From Actinomycetota bacterium (GTDB taxonomy: Bacteria; Actinomycetota; Actinomycetes; S36-B12), in contig WLNQ01000003.1 of the NCBI GenBank assembly GCA_009699705.1, positions 1 through 39,370 of the forward strand: 39,370 nucleotides of DNA, written 5' to 3'. Position 1 is the stretch's first letter. Each line of letters begins with the position of its first letter. Below are positions 39,338 to 39,370 of this stretch, one piece after another. The notes beneath the pieces were generated by a model, which was not told where the DNA came from, did not search any database, and worked only from the letters and a program-made list of their open reading frames with translations. Position numbers and translations under genes: made by a program.

Positions 39338-39370
39338 GGCCCTGTAGCGCAGTTGGTTAGCGCGCCGCCC
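39338..39370 (+). tRNA. 5' part of a tRNA, probably tRNA-Asp(GUC), truncated by window edge
   Basis: GGCCCTGTAGCGCAGTTGGTTAGCGCGCCGCCC gives acceptor stem and D-arm; identity inferred from sequence type and Glu-Asp order, anticodon not visible. Confidence 0.8.

Overview
Mostly a compact core-genome block of an actinomycete. Lineage is inferred from the mycothiol genes, GlnR, CarD, SenX3-RegX3 and a class F sortase. GC is only moderate by eye, so a streamlined, possibly freshwater lineage is plausible. The left ~23 kb is the conserved actinobacterial region ispF-ispD-carD, regX3/senX3/phoU, mshA-ybjN-gpmA, dtd, ygfZ-nur-nitrobindin, dsrE, thioredoxin, glnR-mshD-ppk1-CYTH/CHAD-mutT1, glgC/glgA and purU. 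The right part, around tRNA-Lys(UUU) and a tRNA-Glu/Asp cluster, holds accessory genes: a ferredoxin reductase, an SDR-like unknown, a sulfotransferase-like protein, a GAF-LuxR regulator / sortase substrate / class F sortase / matrixin module, htpX-lemA, rpiB, a heparinase II/III-like protein, an MpaB-like oxygenase, HtrA and Sua5. No CRISPR, integrase, IS or phage genes were seen. Best leads: the class F sortase module with a PxxVxAGxG sorting signal and shared upstream motifs; a candidate ~50-nt C-loop sRNA with its own promoter; an IdeR/DtxR-type iron box over the mshA promoter; a terminator-like hairpin just 5' of tRNA-Lys; an unlisted 33-aa membrane peptide. All family calls come from motif recognition by eye, not database searches.
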